Part shown: positions 8,251-16,698 of the stretch, in pieces
Layout of the letters: the number at the start of each line of letters is the position of its first letter
Position numbering within the stretch: position 1 is the first letter of the stretch
Origin: a virus
Taxonomy: Duplodnaviria; Caudoviricetes
Direction: 5' to 3' (one strand)
Length of the DNA stretch: 25,036 nucleotides
Virus record (IMG/VR): IMGVR_UViG_3300009095_000066
Location: 1 to 25,036 of that record
Notes under the pieces: generated by a model
What the model saw: the letters and a program-made list of their open reading frames with translations, nothing else
What the model was told of the DNA's origin: nothing
The model's database searches: none
Made by a program: the position numbers and the translations under genes

Positions 8251-10230
8251 TCAACCCTGGGTGTTAGTGTAGGTGAACACCCAGTGCGTGGTCGTGTTCG
8301 GCTGGATGTAGTAACCATCCTGAGCAACGGCGATCACGTCAACCGTCTCGTCAATCTCAACTGCACCGGCCGTGATGACCTCACCGTCGATGGTGTAGTC
8401 AACACCGGTCGTGGTGGGGACCGTCAGGGTGTTCGTAGCGCTGTCGAACTGCGGAGCGGTAGCGACAACAGCAATACCCTCGGCACGCTTCAGAACGATA
8501 GCCGACTTGGGCTTCGTCAGGGCACCCGACAGGCGGGTCTCCATCAGGTACTTGTTCTGGTTGAAGTCGATGTCGAAGTCCTCGAAGAAGGTGAGGTTAC
8601 CACCAGCGTTGGTACCGAGGTTGTAGTCGATCAGGTTGACGATGATGCCGAGAAGGTTCGGCTCGTCCTCCATGACCTCAACGGTCTCGATCTTCGACAC
8701 ACGAAGCGCGGCAGCAAGAGCGGCCTCAGTCTCGTAGAGTCGACGACCCATCTTGTCCTCCTGCAGGAGGAGACCAATCAGGTTCGAGTCGGTCGTGTAG
8801 AACGTCGGGTTACCCGTACCACGGTACTGCGAACGCGAACGAATGACCTGCTCGATCTGAGCCTTGGGCTCGACGTTGGCCGGGAGCTCAACGTGGATGG
8901 CGTACATCTCGTCATCGTGGAGAATCGAGCGGATACCCGTACCATCGGTCTGGCCCTCGGGGTCCTTGATCTTGTCCTCGTCAGCAGCCGAACGACCATC
9001 ACCGATGAGGATAGCGCGAGCAAGCTCCTCCTCAAGCATGAAGCGGATCTCCCACTTCAGCCATGCGACAACGTCGAAGTCCGTGATGTCGATGATGTCA
9101 TCACGGTCGAGCTTCTGCTTCTTGTAGATGGTCGCCGGACCGGTCGTGCGACGGAGGAGGCGGATGACCTCTTCCTTCTTCAGATTACCCTTAACGTAAC
9201 CCTTCGCACGAGCCTGCTCAGCCGTCAGGTCAGCAACGATCGACTTAACCTTCGAGAAGGGGGTGCGCTTCGTAGCGTTGAGGACGTTACGAACCCACTC
9301 AACCTGACGAGCAAGGAGCTCGGGCTTGTCGGTCATCGTCTTGGCATCGGGGAACAGCAGCTCGATGTCAGTGATGCCATAGTCCTCGGCGTGAGCGAGG
9401 AGCGAGTCCTTGAACGATCCCATACGGATACCGTCGTCGACGATAGTCTTGATCTGCGAGTGCGTCAGAGTCGCGCGTCCACGCGAGGTCTCAACGTCGC
9501 CGTTCTTCTCAAAAATGTTTGCGGTCATGTTCGTGAACTTCTCCTCGATAGTCTTATCCACGTGAGCAATGAAATCTTCAGCACTCATGCTGTGTTCTGC
9601 GGCGTCATCGTCGTTGTCGTCGTCAGCTTCAGCCTGGGCCTCAACTTCGCCGATCATGTAGTACATGACATTCTTCTGCTTCTCGCTCATCGAATCGATG
9701 ACGTCCTTGACAGTCTCTTCGTTGTCAGCCACGGTAGGCTCCTCATCAGTAGATTCTTCAGTATCTGCGTGCTCAAGAGTGAGCCCAGTGTAGATGATGG
9801 CTTCAGCGTTATCGTAGTCCTCAGCACTCGAGTGAGCCATCGAAACATAATCAATACTGGCACCAGGGTTTGCACCGGCGATTACAAGGCTAACTTCTCG
9901 AATGATGCCATGCATCACTTCCTTGCCTCGCTTCTTCAAGCGGTTAGCAAAGATCGAGAGCGCGTTAATGTCACCGTGTCGGACGAACTCCTTAGCACGA
10001 CGCCCCTCAGGAGTGTCGTTGAAGTATCCGCGAACGTAAACGCCATCGTCACGATGCTCGAGAACACCGTAGCCCAGAACGTTTTCCGACTCATTGTGTT
10101 TGTGCTGCCACATCAGTGGAACACGAACACCGTCCTGATGCTGAAACGCACCAGAGGTGATGGTCAGTCCGTCGGAACAGACGAGACCGGCCTTAGTGGC
10201 GTAACCACTAAAGTCAGGAGTGTCTCCCAT
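8251..10230 (-). CDS. Prohead protease-major capsid protein fusion with C-terminal Ig-like domain
   Basis: N-terminal HK97-type protease motifs (PLMWQH, ALSIFA, EVSLVIAGANPGA), acidic linker, HK97-fold capsid region (ELARAILIGDG, FDIDFNQNKYLMETRLSGAL) and a ~65-aa Thr/Val-rich beta domain. Likely ATG at 10230. Confidence 0.9.
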   Translation of the reverse strand: MGDTPDFSGYATKAGLVCSDGLTITSGAFQHQDGVRVPLMWQHKHNESENVLGYGVLEHRDDGVYVRGYFNDTPEGRRAKEFVRHGDINALSIFANRLKKRGKEVMHGIIREVSLVIAGANPGASIDYVSMAHSSAEDYDNAEAIIYTGLTLEHADTEESTDEEPTVADNEETVKDVIDSMSEKQKNVMYYMIGEVEAQAEADDDNDDDAAEHSMSAEDFIAHVDKTIEEKFTNMTANIFEKNGDVETSRGRATLTHSQIKTIVDDGIRMGSFKDSLLAHAEDYGITDIELLFPDAKTMTDKPELLARQVEWVRNVLNATKRTPFSKVKSIVADLTAEQARAKGYVKGNLKKEEVIRLLRRTTGPATIYKKQKLDRDDIIDITDFDVVAWLKWEIRFMLEEELARAILIGDGRSAADEDKIKDPEGQTDGTGIRSILHDDEMYAIHVELPANVEPKAQIEQVIRSRSQYRGTGNPTFYTTDSNLIGLLLQEDKMGRRLYETEAALAAALRVSKIETVEVMEDEPNLLGIIVNLIDYNLGTNAGGNLTFFEDFDIDFNQNKYLMETRLSGALTKPKSAIVLKRAEGIAVVATAPQFDSATNTLTVPTTTGVDYTIDGEVITAGAVEIDETVDVIAVAQDGYYIQPNTTTHWVFTYTNTQG

Positions 10231-10236
10231 TTTGAA
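10224..10236 (-). promoter_or_regulatory. TCAAAATRGGA motif spanning the protease-capsid start codon
   Basis: TTCAAAATGGGAG includes the ATG at 10230. Confidence 0.6.
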
Positions 10237-10238
10237 GA

Positions 10239-10883
10239 TCACTGTCCTTTCTTGTCTTCAGAAGTTTTGGCTGCCGTTTTCCGACGAGCATCCTCCACAA
10301 TTGCTTCGAGCTTACCTCGAGCTGCAGCGATTCTTTTCTCCGCCGACTTAATCTGGGACTGAAGTTGCTGAGTCTTTTGATCCTGAGTAACAGGTCCCTT
10401 TTTCTTCTGCTCTTGGTAAGCCTTCTTAGCGCGATCAGCGGCTTCCCGCTTCTCTTTTGCAGTGAGAGGCTTTGCGTCTTCAGCGGCTTTCTCAGCTTTC
10501 TTGAGAGCCTCTTCTTCCTCGTTAGTTTCGTCGTCACCACTAAGCTTCTTAGCTTGATCGACCAGTTCCTTAAGGACTTGTTTTAAGCGCTTAAGTTTTT
10601 GCTGAAGCTCTTTGACTCTTGCTGAGGCTTCATTGCGAAGCTTTTCAGCACGAGCTTTCCGCTCTTCATCTTCGTTGCTCGCGGGTTTCTTTTCCTGAGC
10701 AGGGCTCTCATTCGAAGGTCGCTTCGTAATCTCATTATTGTCATTCGCAGAAGGCTGACGCCCCTTCAACTGACGATTTTTAAGATAATACTCGCGGCGC
10801 TTTACCGGATCGTAGTCATCAGCATGACTCAATTCGGAAAGATCTGAGAGTGGCGTATTCAATGCTTTATCTAGATCAAACAT
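10239..10883 (-). CDS. Highly charged coiled-coil protein (scaffold-like or internal head protein)
   Basis: Lies between portal and protease-capsid. K/E/Q-rich heptads, N-terminal ELSHADDYDPVKRREYY. Likely ATG at 10883 with AAGGA upstream. Confidence 0.65.
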   Translation of the reverse strand: MFDLDKALNTPLSDLSELSHADDYDPVKRREYYLKNRQLKGRQPSANDNNEITKRPSNESPAQEKKPASNEDEERKARAEKLRNEASARVKELQQKLKRLKQVLKELVDQAKKLSGDDETNEEEEALKKAEKAAEDAKPLTAKEKREAADRAKKAYQEQKKKGPVTQDQKTQQLQSQIKSAEKRIAAARGKLEAIVEDARRKTAAKTSEDKKGQ

Positions 10884-12294
10884 CAAGATCCTTGAAGATT
10901 TCCTGAATTGTCTCATCGATTTCATCGAAAGCACTATTCATAATCTGAGAAGTATCATCGGGATCTTCAGACTCTACACCCAAGTCACTAAAGATGTCTT
11001 GAATAGTCGAATCGATTTCATCCAATACATCATTCATAACCTGAGAGCTATCATCTTCAGAAACTGCATCGGTATCCGAACCCAGCATAGCTGGATCATT
11101 CTGAGGAACGTTACTGTTTCTAAGCATGTCAGCACGAGGGTCACTAGACGGACGCATACCTGCCAGACCACGAATCTCATTCGAGGTGAGAATCTCATTA
11201 CGCGTAAACTTATCAGCAACTTCAGCGAATTCAGCCGCTGTAAGAAGCTGGAAGGGATCACGGTAATATGCAATGCGCTGCTTCTGAGTCTGAGCAGTCT
11301 TACTCAAGAACTTACGCGTAAATTCTTCAGCGATTGCAGCGAGAATGGGTTCGATCGTTCGGTTGTAGTAATTCGTCATCTGCTTTTCATCTGCAGTTCC
11401 ATCAAAGACGGCAGGGGTTAAACCCATCTGCGAATAAAGCATATCTGAAAGATACTTCACACGATCAAGCATAGTGTTTTCAACCGGACGGTTAAGCTGA
11501 GTTACTCGCTCGGTTGCATCAATGTACCCGATACCATACTTCGATCCCATAAGCTGCTGTTCGAGATTCTCTCGACGATTCTCTGCCTGATCCTGACGAA
11601 GCTTTGACTTGACAGTATAAGGAAGCTGAATAAGAAGATCCATCTTACCAGAAGAAATCTGGTCATCGATAGAGTCCATTCGATTAATCGTCTTGAGAAG
11701 CTGCTGAAGATAGCTGTTCGGCTCATTCATCGTTGCGTAAAGAGGGTTTTCTACAATAGCAACAACAGACTTCGGAAGCGTCACTTCTTCCTTTTCACCA
11801 GTCTTATCATTGTATACTTCTACTCGAACGTGTCGAGGATAGTACGAAGTGATTCGACCGACTCGAAGAGAAAGAATATTAAACGCGTTCTCATCACGAA
11901 TGTTGATGTCAGTATCAACCGGCACCACAGCAACAACGCCTTGTTCAAACATCGTCTGAACAACATTCTGTTTAAAGTGGCGAGCAGCCTCATCGACGTT
12001 TGCTTCAACAGTCAGACAACGATACAGTCCCGACGGAATGGCTTCCGTAAAACGTTCGTTCTCATCAACGCGAACATGAAGAAGATCGACTGCAGCGACA
12101 TCCATTGCGATGTGATTATACATCGATGCGGTAAGATTCTTCTGCGAACTAATCGACTGGTATCGTGAACGAACTAAAGGATTAGCCGAAGAAGGACCGT
12201 AGTCAGGCATGGGTTCGGGCTTAAAAGGTTCGTTCTTGTTTCGAAGAACAGACACGGCGTGCATTAAGCGATCACTAAACTTTTCTTTACCCAT
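10876..12294 (-). CDS. Portal protein
   Basis: 472 aa between TerL and capsid genes. HK97-like portal features (IAMDVAAVDL, YYNRTIEPILAAI, ILTSNEIRGLAGM), GGGGGTGA RBS. Confidence 0.9.
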   Translation of the reverse strand: MGKEKFSDRLMHAVSVLRNKNEPFKPEPMPDYGPSSANPLVRSRYQSISSQKNLTASMYNHIAMDVAAVDLLHVRVDENERFTEAIPSGLYRCLTVEANVDEAARHFKQNVVQTMFEQGVVAVVPVDTDINIRDENAFNILSLRVGRITSYYPRHVRVEVYNDKTGEKEEVTLPKSVVAIVENPLYATMNEPNSYLQQLLKTINRMDSIDDQISSGKMDLLIQLPYTVKSKLRQDQAENRRENLEQQLMGSKYGIGYIDATERVTQLNRPVENTMLDRVKYLSDMLYSQMGLTPAVFDGTADEKQMTNYYNRTIEPILAAIAEEFTRKFLSKTAQTQKQRIAYYRDPFQLLTAAEFAEVADKFTRNEILTSNEIRGLAGMRPSSDPRADMLRNSNVPQNDPAMLGSDTDAVSEDDSSQVMNDVLDEIDSTIQDIFSDLGVESEDPDDTSQIMNSAFDEIDETIQEIFKDLDV

Positions 12295-12313
12295 TAACTC
12301 ACCCCCTTATGGG

Positions 12314-12325
12314 TCCTATTTTGAA
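12314..12325 (-). promoter_or_regulatory. TCAAAATRGGA motif upstream of portal
   Basis: TTCAAAATAGGA, separate from the portal's own GGGGGTGA RBS. Confidence 0.65.
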
Positions 12326-12338
12326 GGTTTGTCATAGA

Positions 12339-12740
12339 TTAATCTCCGCGACGATCGCGACGAGAAACAAACAGGTCAGAAATAGGCGTATTCATTGTGA
12401 CGTCAAAGATGTCCATAAACTTAGCCTTTCCCGCCTTAATTCGATCCTCCTGACCCTGAAGTTTATCCGCGCGCTTAGCTGCGACCTTTTTAGAACCAAA
12501 AGTCAAAGGCCCAAGAGTACGTCGAGATGCAGTTCGATAGTAATCACGAACCTTACCGCGCCCCTCGGAAATTTCCTTATTGGTGGTCTTTCGACGCTGA
12601 ATGGAATCAAGTGCAGCATTCTTCACACGGGTTTTTACACCTCCGCGCTGAACACCCCACTTCATACCCTTAGCGCCGTAATGTTCTAATGAGTCATCCG
12701 AAGCAAACGCATTATGGAGGATCTCTTCTCTAGAAAGCAT
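12339..12740 (-). CDS. Basic protein with HYGxKGMKWG motif
   Basis: SLEHYGAKGMKWGVQR near the N-terminus followed by a K/R-rich body. Confidence 0.8.
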   Translation of the reverse strand: MLSREEILHNAFASDDSLEHYGAKGMKWGVQRGGVKTRVKNAALDSIQRRKTTNKEISEGRGKVRDYYRTASRRTLGPLTFGSKKVAAKRADKLQGQEDRIKAGKAKFMDIFDVTMNTPISDLFVSRRDRRGD

Positions 12741-12746
12741 AGCATC

Positions 12747-13196
12747 TCAATCTTCTAGTTCTGCCCAAATACTTGTGTAGGCGGGCGCAATGGCTCCACC
12801 TTGCGTTAGATGGTCGATAAATTCTCGACCCGTAATAACAATCGGCATTGTAGAGGGAGCATTAAGAAGCAGCAAAGTCTTATCAGGTCTTTTATCAGCC
12901 TTCTCAACTAGATAAGAAATCTTTGATTCTAAAGCTTTTCGCCGATCATTTCTTAGTTCCTCACGACTAACCGAAGATTTGTAATCTTTCCAACGCTGCT
13001 TAGCATCTCGATTTTCAGCTTTTCGAGTAGCACGATCGGGTGCTGTCGAGCGAACACCACTAGCTCCAGCTAATCGGGCAAGAACAGCTTCATCGCGATG
13101 AACGCCCCACTTCATACCCTTTACACCGTAATGGGCGATAGACTCATCGACTTGGCTCAGAGGAACATCAAACGTTTTCGTTAGATCTTTACTCAT
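12747..13196 (-). CDS. Protein with HYGxKGMKWG motif
   Basis: SIAHYGVKGMKWGVHR near the N-terminus. ATGA overlap with the TerL stop. Confidence 0.8.
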   Translation of the reverse strand: MSKDLTKTFDVPLSQVDESIAHYGVKGMKWGVHRDEAVLARLAGASGVRSTAPDRATRKAENRDAKQRWKDYKSSVSREELRNDRRKALESKISYLVEKADKRPDKTLLLLNAPSTMPIVITGREFIDHLTQGGAIAPAYTSIWAELED

Positions 13197-14938
13197 TCAA
13201 AATCATCCTTATGGAGTTTGTATGCAACCCAAGCATCCATGAGCGCAGCAACGTTATCGATCTTTTGATCTTGACGCTTCTTCAGAAGCTTACGGTTACC
13301 ATTCGTATCTTCAAGTGTGATGGCATTTCCCATGGCAAAGCTCATGAGTGCCTGATCAAAGTGAAGATAGTTATCGGTAGAAAGTTTCTTCAGTTCGCCA
13401 AGAGGAACCGATTCTGTACGAGCACCCTGAATAACCTTTTCGATACCATAAGGTCCGTTCTCCATTTCCCAACGACTGACAAAGTCTTTCGCGTTGTATG
13501 GATCGTAACCAAATGCTCGAACATCATATCCGTTGTCTTGGATGTGCTGATCGAGGTCATCGTAAACTTCTGTCATATCAAGGACAGAACCAGGGAGGAC
13601 GTGAAGCGACCCTTCTTTGATAAACTCTTCATACTTAATACGCATGGCGCCAGGAAGTTTGTTCCGAGTAAGTTCAGAAATGTAACTTCGAGTCTTAATT
13701 CCAAACGTTCCATTAGGAAGCGGGAATAAGAAAGTAAATGCACAGAAGTCATCACCTTGAGAAAGGTCCGCACCCATTGCACATGGCATTTGCCAATATT
13801 GCTTAGGATGCTTCGGAAGGGTTTCCTCATACGTAAAGAAGTATGTAAAACCCTCCATAGGAATGCCAAATCGCTTAGCAAGAATATCATTCCTTGCCGC
13901 GGGAGCTTTCTCAGCACGTTCGACTTCCTTGTGATAGGTATCGTACGTAACGGTTTTGCCAAGGTTAGGGTTTGCTTTAAGCCAAGTAGAAGGGTCAGCT
14001 ACTTCTTCAATGCTATCGAGCTTATAATACCAAATCGAAATATGTGGAGCGTAATAATCACCCTTAAGGATGTCCATAAGTTCCATTTTGATAGTATCGC
14101 CAGCACCATTACGAACAGTACCTTCCGAACTCATAGCGATGATCACGTAGTCATCAAGCTTGGATGCACCCTGCTCGATAGCACCAACAACATCCTCTCG
14201 AATGTCGCCAGAAAGCCATTCGTCAACCGTCGACACCTTAGGTCGGAGACCCTGAAGTTTATTGATCGACATAGGTCGGACTTCGAGAATGGAACCTGTA
14301 AGGAAGTTCTCGATACCCTTCTTTGTCGAGGCAAGTTTGACGCGATTCGCCTTCGAGCCCGTGGTATTCTGGAGGGATCCCTCGGTGAGGAACTGGAATA
14401 GAGGACCACGGGCTCGAGTAATAGCGGTACGGAAGGGGCTCATGACCTCGTCAGCCTGACGCATTGTCGGGGCCGTTGTGATCTGATGAGTGGTATCCGT
14501 ATCAATGTTCAAGAAGAACGACTGCATACATTCAGCATACATACTCTTGGCAGCTCCACGCGCCACGATTAGGTATTGCTTAACAACTAGTCTCTTCTTG
14601 ACTTTCTTGTTGACGTAATGACCACCATGGCCATCCTTGTCAGGAACGTAAACCGATCGCGCTTCGAACTGATACCATCCTAAGAGGGATTCAGCCCAGA
14701 GCTTAAAGCTATCAAGGAGATGAAGGTCAGCACCGTCGGTTAGTGTGAGTTCTTCTTCGCAATAGGAGATGAAACCTTCGACAGCAAGGTCGTCGTAGTA
14801 GAAGCGAGGATCGGCGATAAGCTGATCAATTCGATTCATCTCCATTTCAATCTCACGATTGACGGGAATCTCGCCTCGGAGTACGGACTCTCGGAAAGCT
14901 CCGTAGTATTTAGGGACTGCGGTGTTTGAGAGAGCCAT
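13193..14938 (-). CDS. terL: Terminase large subunit
   Basis: Walker A-like VARGAAKS, Walker B STVDE, RNase H-like nuclease motifs GADLSQGDDF and KIDNVAAL. GGAGGTGA RBS before the ATG at 14938. Confidence 0.95.
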   Translation of the reverse strand: MALSNTAVPKYYGAFRESVLRGEIPVNREIEMEMNRIDQLIADPRFYYDDLAVEGFISYCEEELTLTDGADLHLLDSFKLWAESLLGWYQFEARSVYVPDKDGHGGHYVNKKVKKRLVVKQYLIVARGAAKSMYAECMQSFFLNIDTDTTHQITTAPTMRQADEVMSPFRTAITRARGPLFQFLTEGSLQNTTGSKANRVKLASTKKGIENFLTGSILEVRPMSINKLQGLRPKVSTVDEWLSGDIREDVVGAIEQGASKLDDYVIIAMSSEGTVRNGAGDTIKMELMDILKGDYYAPHISIWYYKLDSIEEVADPSTWLKANPNLGKTVTYDTYHKEVERAEKAPAARNDILAKRFGIPMEGFTYFFTYEETLPKHPKQYWQMPCAMGADLSQGDDFCAFTFLFPLPNGTFGIKTRSYISELTRNKLPGAMRIKYEEFIKEGSLHVLPGSVLDMTEVYDDLDQHIQDNGYDVRAFGYDPYNAKDFVSRWEMENGPYGIEKVIQGARTESVPLGELKKLSTDNYLHFDQALMSFAMGNAITLEDTNGNRKLLKKRQDQKIDNVAALMDAWVAYKLHKDDFE

Positions 14939-14944
14939 CCTCAC

Positions 14945-14958
14945 CTCCTATTTTGAAT
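14945..14958 (-). promoter_or_regulatory. TCAAAATRGGA motif upstream of terL
   Basis: ATTCAAAATAGGAG in the short intergenic gap. Confidence 0.65.
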
Positions 14959-14961
14959 AAT

Positions 14962-15324
14962 CTACTTCTTTTTCTTCTTAGGGTTCGCAGTACCTTCACC
15001 AAAGAGGGCATCGATAGCAGTATCAATACCTCGGTTAGCGTACTTAGACACTTGCTGGTTCACAATCTGCATAGACATGTTGGTCGCCCACTTACTAACG
15101 GCTCGACGACCGCTATCAACACGAGTGGGGTTAAGCTGACTATACTGACGCTCAAGCTGAAGACGGTTGATATGCTGACGAAGTTCAGAGTCGCTCATCT
15201 TAGAGATGGCGTTCTTACCGCGAGGTGGTCCGGACGATCCCTTTACACGACCATCGGTTCCACGCTTGCGGCGAACACCCCACTTCATACCTTTAATGCC
15301 GAAATGAATGAGAGTGTCACTCAT
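14962..15324 (-). CDS. Basic protein with HFGxKGMKWG motif
   Basis: TLIHFGIKGMKWGVRR and MSDSELRQHINRLQLERQY. AGGAGG RBS. Confidence 0.8.
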   Translation of the reverse strand: MSDTLIHFGIKGMKWGVRRKRGTDGRVKGSSGPPRGKNAISKMSDSELRQHINRLQLERQYSQLNPTRVDSGRRAVSKWATNMSMQIVNQQVSKYANRGIDTAIDALFGEGTANPKKKKK

Positions 15325-15346
15325 GAGTTACCTCCTAAGTTATCTA

Positions 15347-16288
15347 CTACTTAAGTAGCTTGTCTCCAAGACGCCAAGTAGTCTTTGCACTCTCATCGTC
15401 ACCGCGCATCCAACTTCCGCCCTCGGTGAAATTACCTGTAGTTCGGTAATCCATGATGAGACCCTTAGAATCAAAGATCTTTGTCGGGATACCATTCACA
15501 CCGAGAATCGCACGGAAGGTCTTATCAGAAACGATAATCTCCTTCATGGGTGCGACCTCATGATGAGCATCGACGTACAGACCAACCGATTCCTTCGTGG
15601 TCACCTGCTTGATGAAGCCCGGAGCAATAGCATAATGCTTCCCTCCGAACTGTCCGTCCTTCGCCTGATAGATGAAAGGCACTTGTTCCTCCATAAGGTT
15701 AATAGTATTAATAGGCGTTGCTACGGAAGATCCGCCACCTCCACCAGTACCACCCATGAGCTCCTCATAGGTCATACCAGGATCAGTAATAACAACGGGA
15801 TCAGGAGCGCCTTTACCATCCCAGGGATCAGGACTGTTGGGTCCGGCCTGAATGGTAATATACCAACACCAGTGCCAGTTTTCACCAACCCTTGTTCCCT
15901 CGATGTTATTGAAATTATACTTGTGTGCATTCTTACGCATCCAAGCAAGGCTGGTGTAGCCAACACCGAAGTAGAAATCTCCAGCATAACCCTGGGTATG
16001 GTTTGAACCTCGGCCGCCGTTAGCATCAGGAGATTCTGCTGGACCGCCATCGACGATTCGACCCCAATAAACACCCTGATACTTACGATAGTCTCCATAA
16101 GGCGACCATACACCAGGGCGGTAGCGACGCTCAAAGATAATCACCTGATCGCTACGAGGGCGGTAGAAGCTATTGATCGTCATGTTCCAACCAGTCTCAC
16201 GATCGTGATCGGCCTTCATACGAAGAAGATCACGTGCCGGACCCGGTGCTACAGGGAGGCTACAAATTCTAAAAAAGTTCGAAGACAT
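15347..16288 (-). CDS. Endolysin, M15-family zinc peptidase plus uncharacterised C-terminal domain
   Basis: SFYR..Q, SNHTQGYAGD (SxHxxGxAxD) and ENWHW (ExWH) LAS-peptidase motifs, then a Pro/Gly-rich linker. AGGAG RBS. Confidence 0.85.
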   Translation of the reverse strand: MSSNFFRICSLPVAPGPARDLLRMKADHDRETGWNMTINSFYRPRSDQVIIFERRYRPGVWSPYGDYRKYQGVYWGRIVDGGPAESPDANGGRGSNHTQGYAGDFYFGVGYTSLAWMRKNAHKYNFNNIEGTRVGENWHWCWYITIQAGPNSPDPWDGKGAPDPVVITDPGMTYEELMGGTGGGGGSSVATPINTINLMEEQVPFIYQAKDGQFGGKHYAIAPGFIKQVTTKESVGLYVDAHHEVAPMKEIIVSDKTFRAILGVNGIPTKIFDSKGLIMDYRTTGNFTEGGSWMRGDDESAKTTWRLGDKLLK

Positions 16289-16292
16289 ATAA

Positions 16293-16306
16293 CTCCTATT
16301 TTGAAT
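16293..16306 (-). promoter_or_regulatory. TCAAAATRGGA motif upstream of endolysin
   Basis: ATTCAAAATAGGAG, an identical 14-mer to 14945-14958. Confidence 0.65.
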
Positions 16307-16317
16307 GGGTCGTTACA

Positions 16318-16698
16318 TTAAGACATTCGACCATTAGAATTGGCAAGGCGCCAAGCGAGCTGCTCAATTTGCTTCTCAATTGCCGTAACAGCGAAAGAAG
16401 TTCCCGGAGGATCGAAGACAAGACGAACCGAAAGAGCCATGTAAGTCTTTACACTTTCAATCGTTTCATCATCCTGGGTGAAATCAGCCCACTTTTCATA
16501 TCGACCAGTGATTGTGAAAGGTCGTTCAGGTCCCACGCCCATCTGATGAAGTGTGGTGAAGACACCATTGATATAGACAACAAGATTAATGTCAAAGACA
16601 GTGTAATCCGGACTGATATCAAGCATCTTCTTGGTTGTGTCGAGGACACTATCTAAAACTTCCGGATTAGGAAGTCCTGAACAATTAATGTCATCCAT
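16318..16698 (-). CDS. Head-to-tail adaptor (gp6/gp15-like), putative
   Basis: 126 aa helical protein (SVLDTTKKML..LHQMGVG..VRLVFDPP..WRL) resembling head-tail connectors. TAATG coupling to the upstream gene. Confidence 0.6.
   Translation of the reverse strand: MDDINCSGLPNPEVLDSVLDTTKKMLDISPDYTVFDINLVVYINGVFTTLHQMGVGPERPFTITGRYEKWADFTQDDETIESVKTYMALSVRLVFDPPGTSFAVTAIEKQIEQLAWRLANSNGRMS

Noticed and set aside
8284-10362. 692-aa plus-strand ORF antisense to the capsid gene
   Set aside because: Codon-aligned shadow of a strongly biased gene. The translation is V/L/D-rich with no motifs, and every credible gene is on the minus strand.
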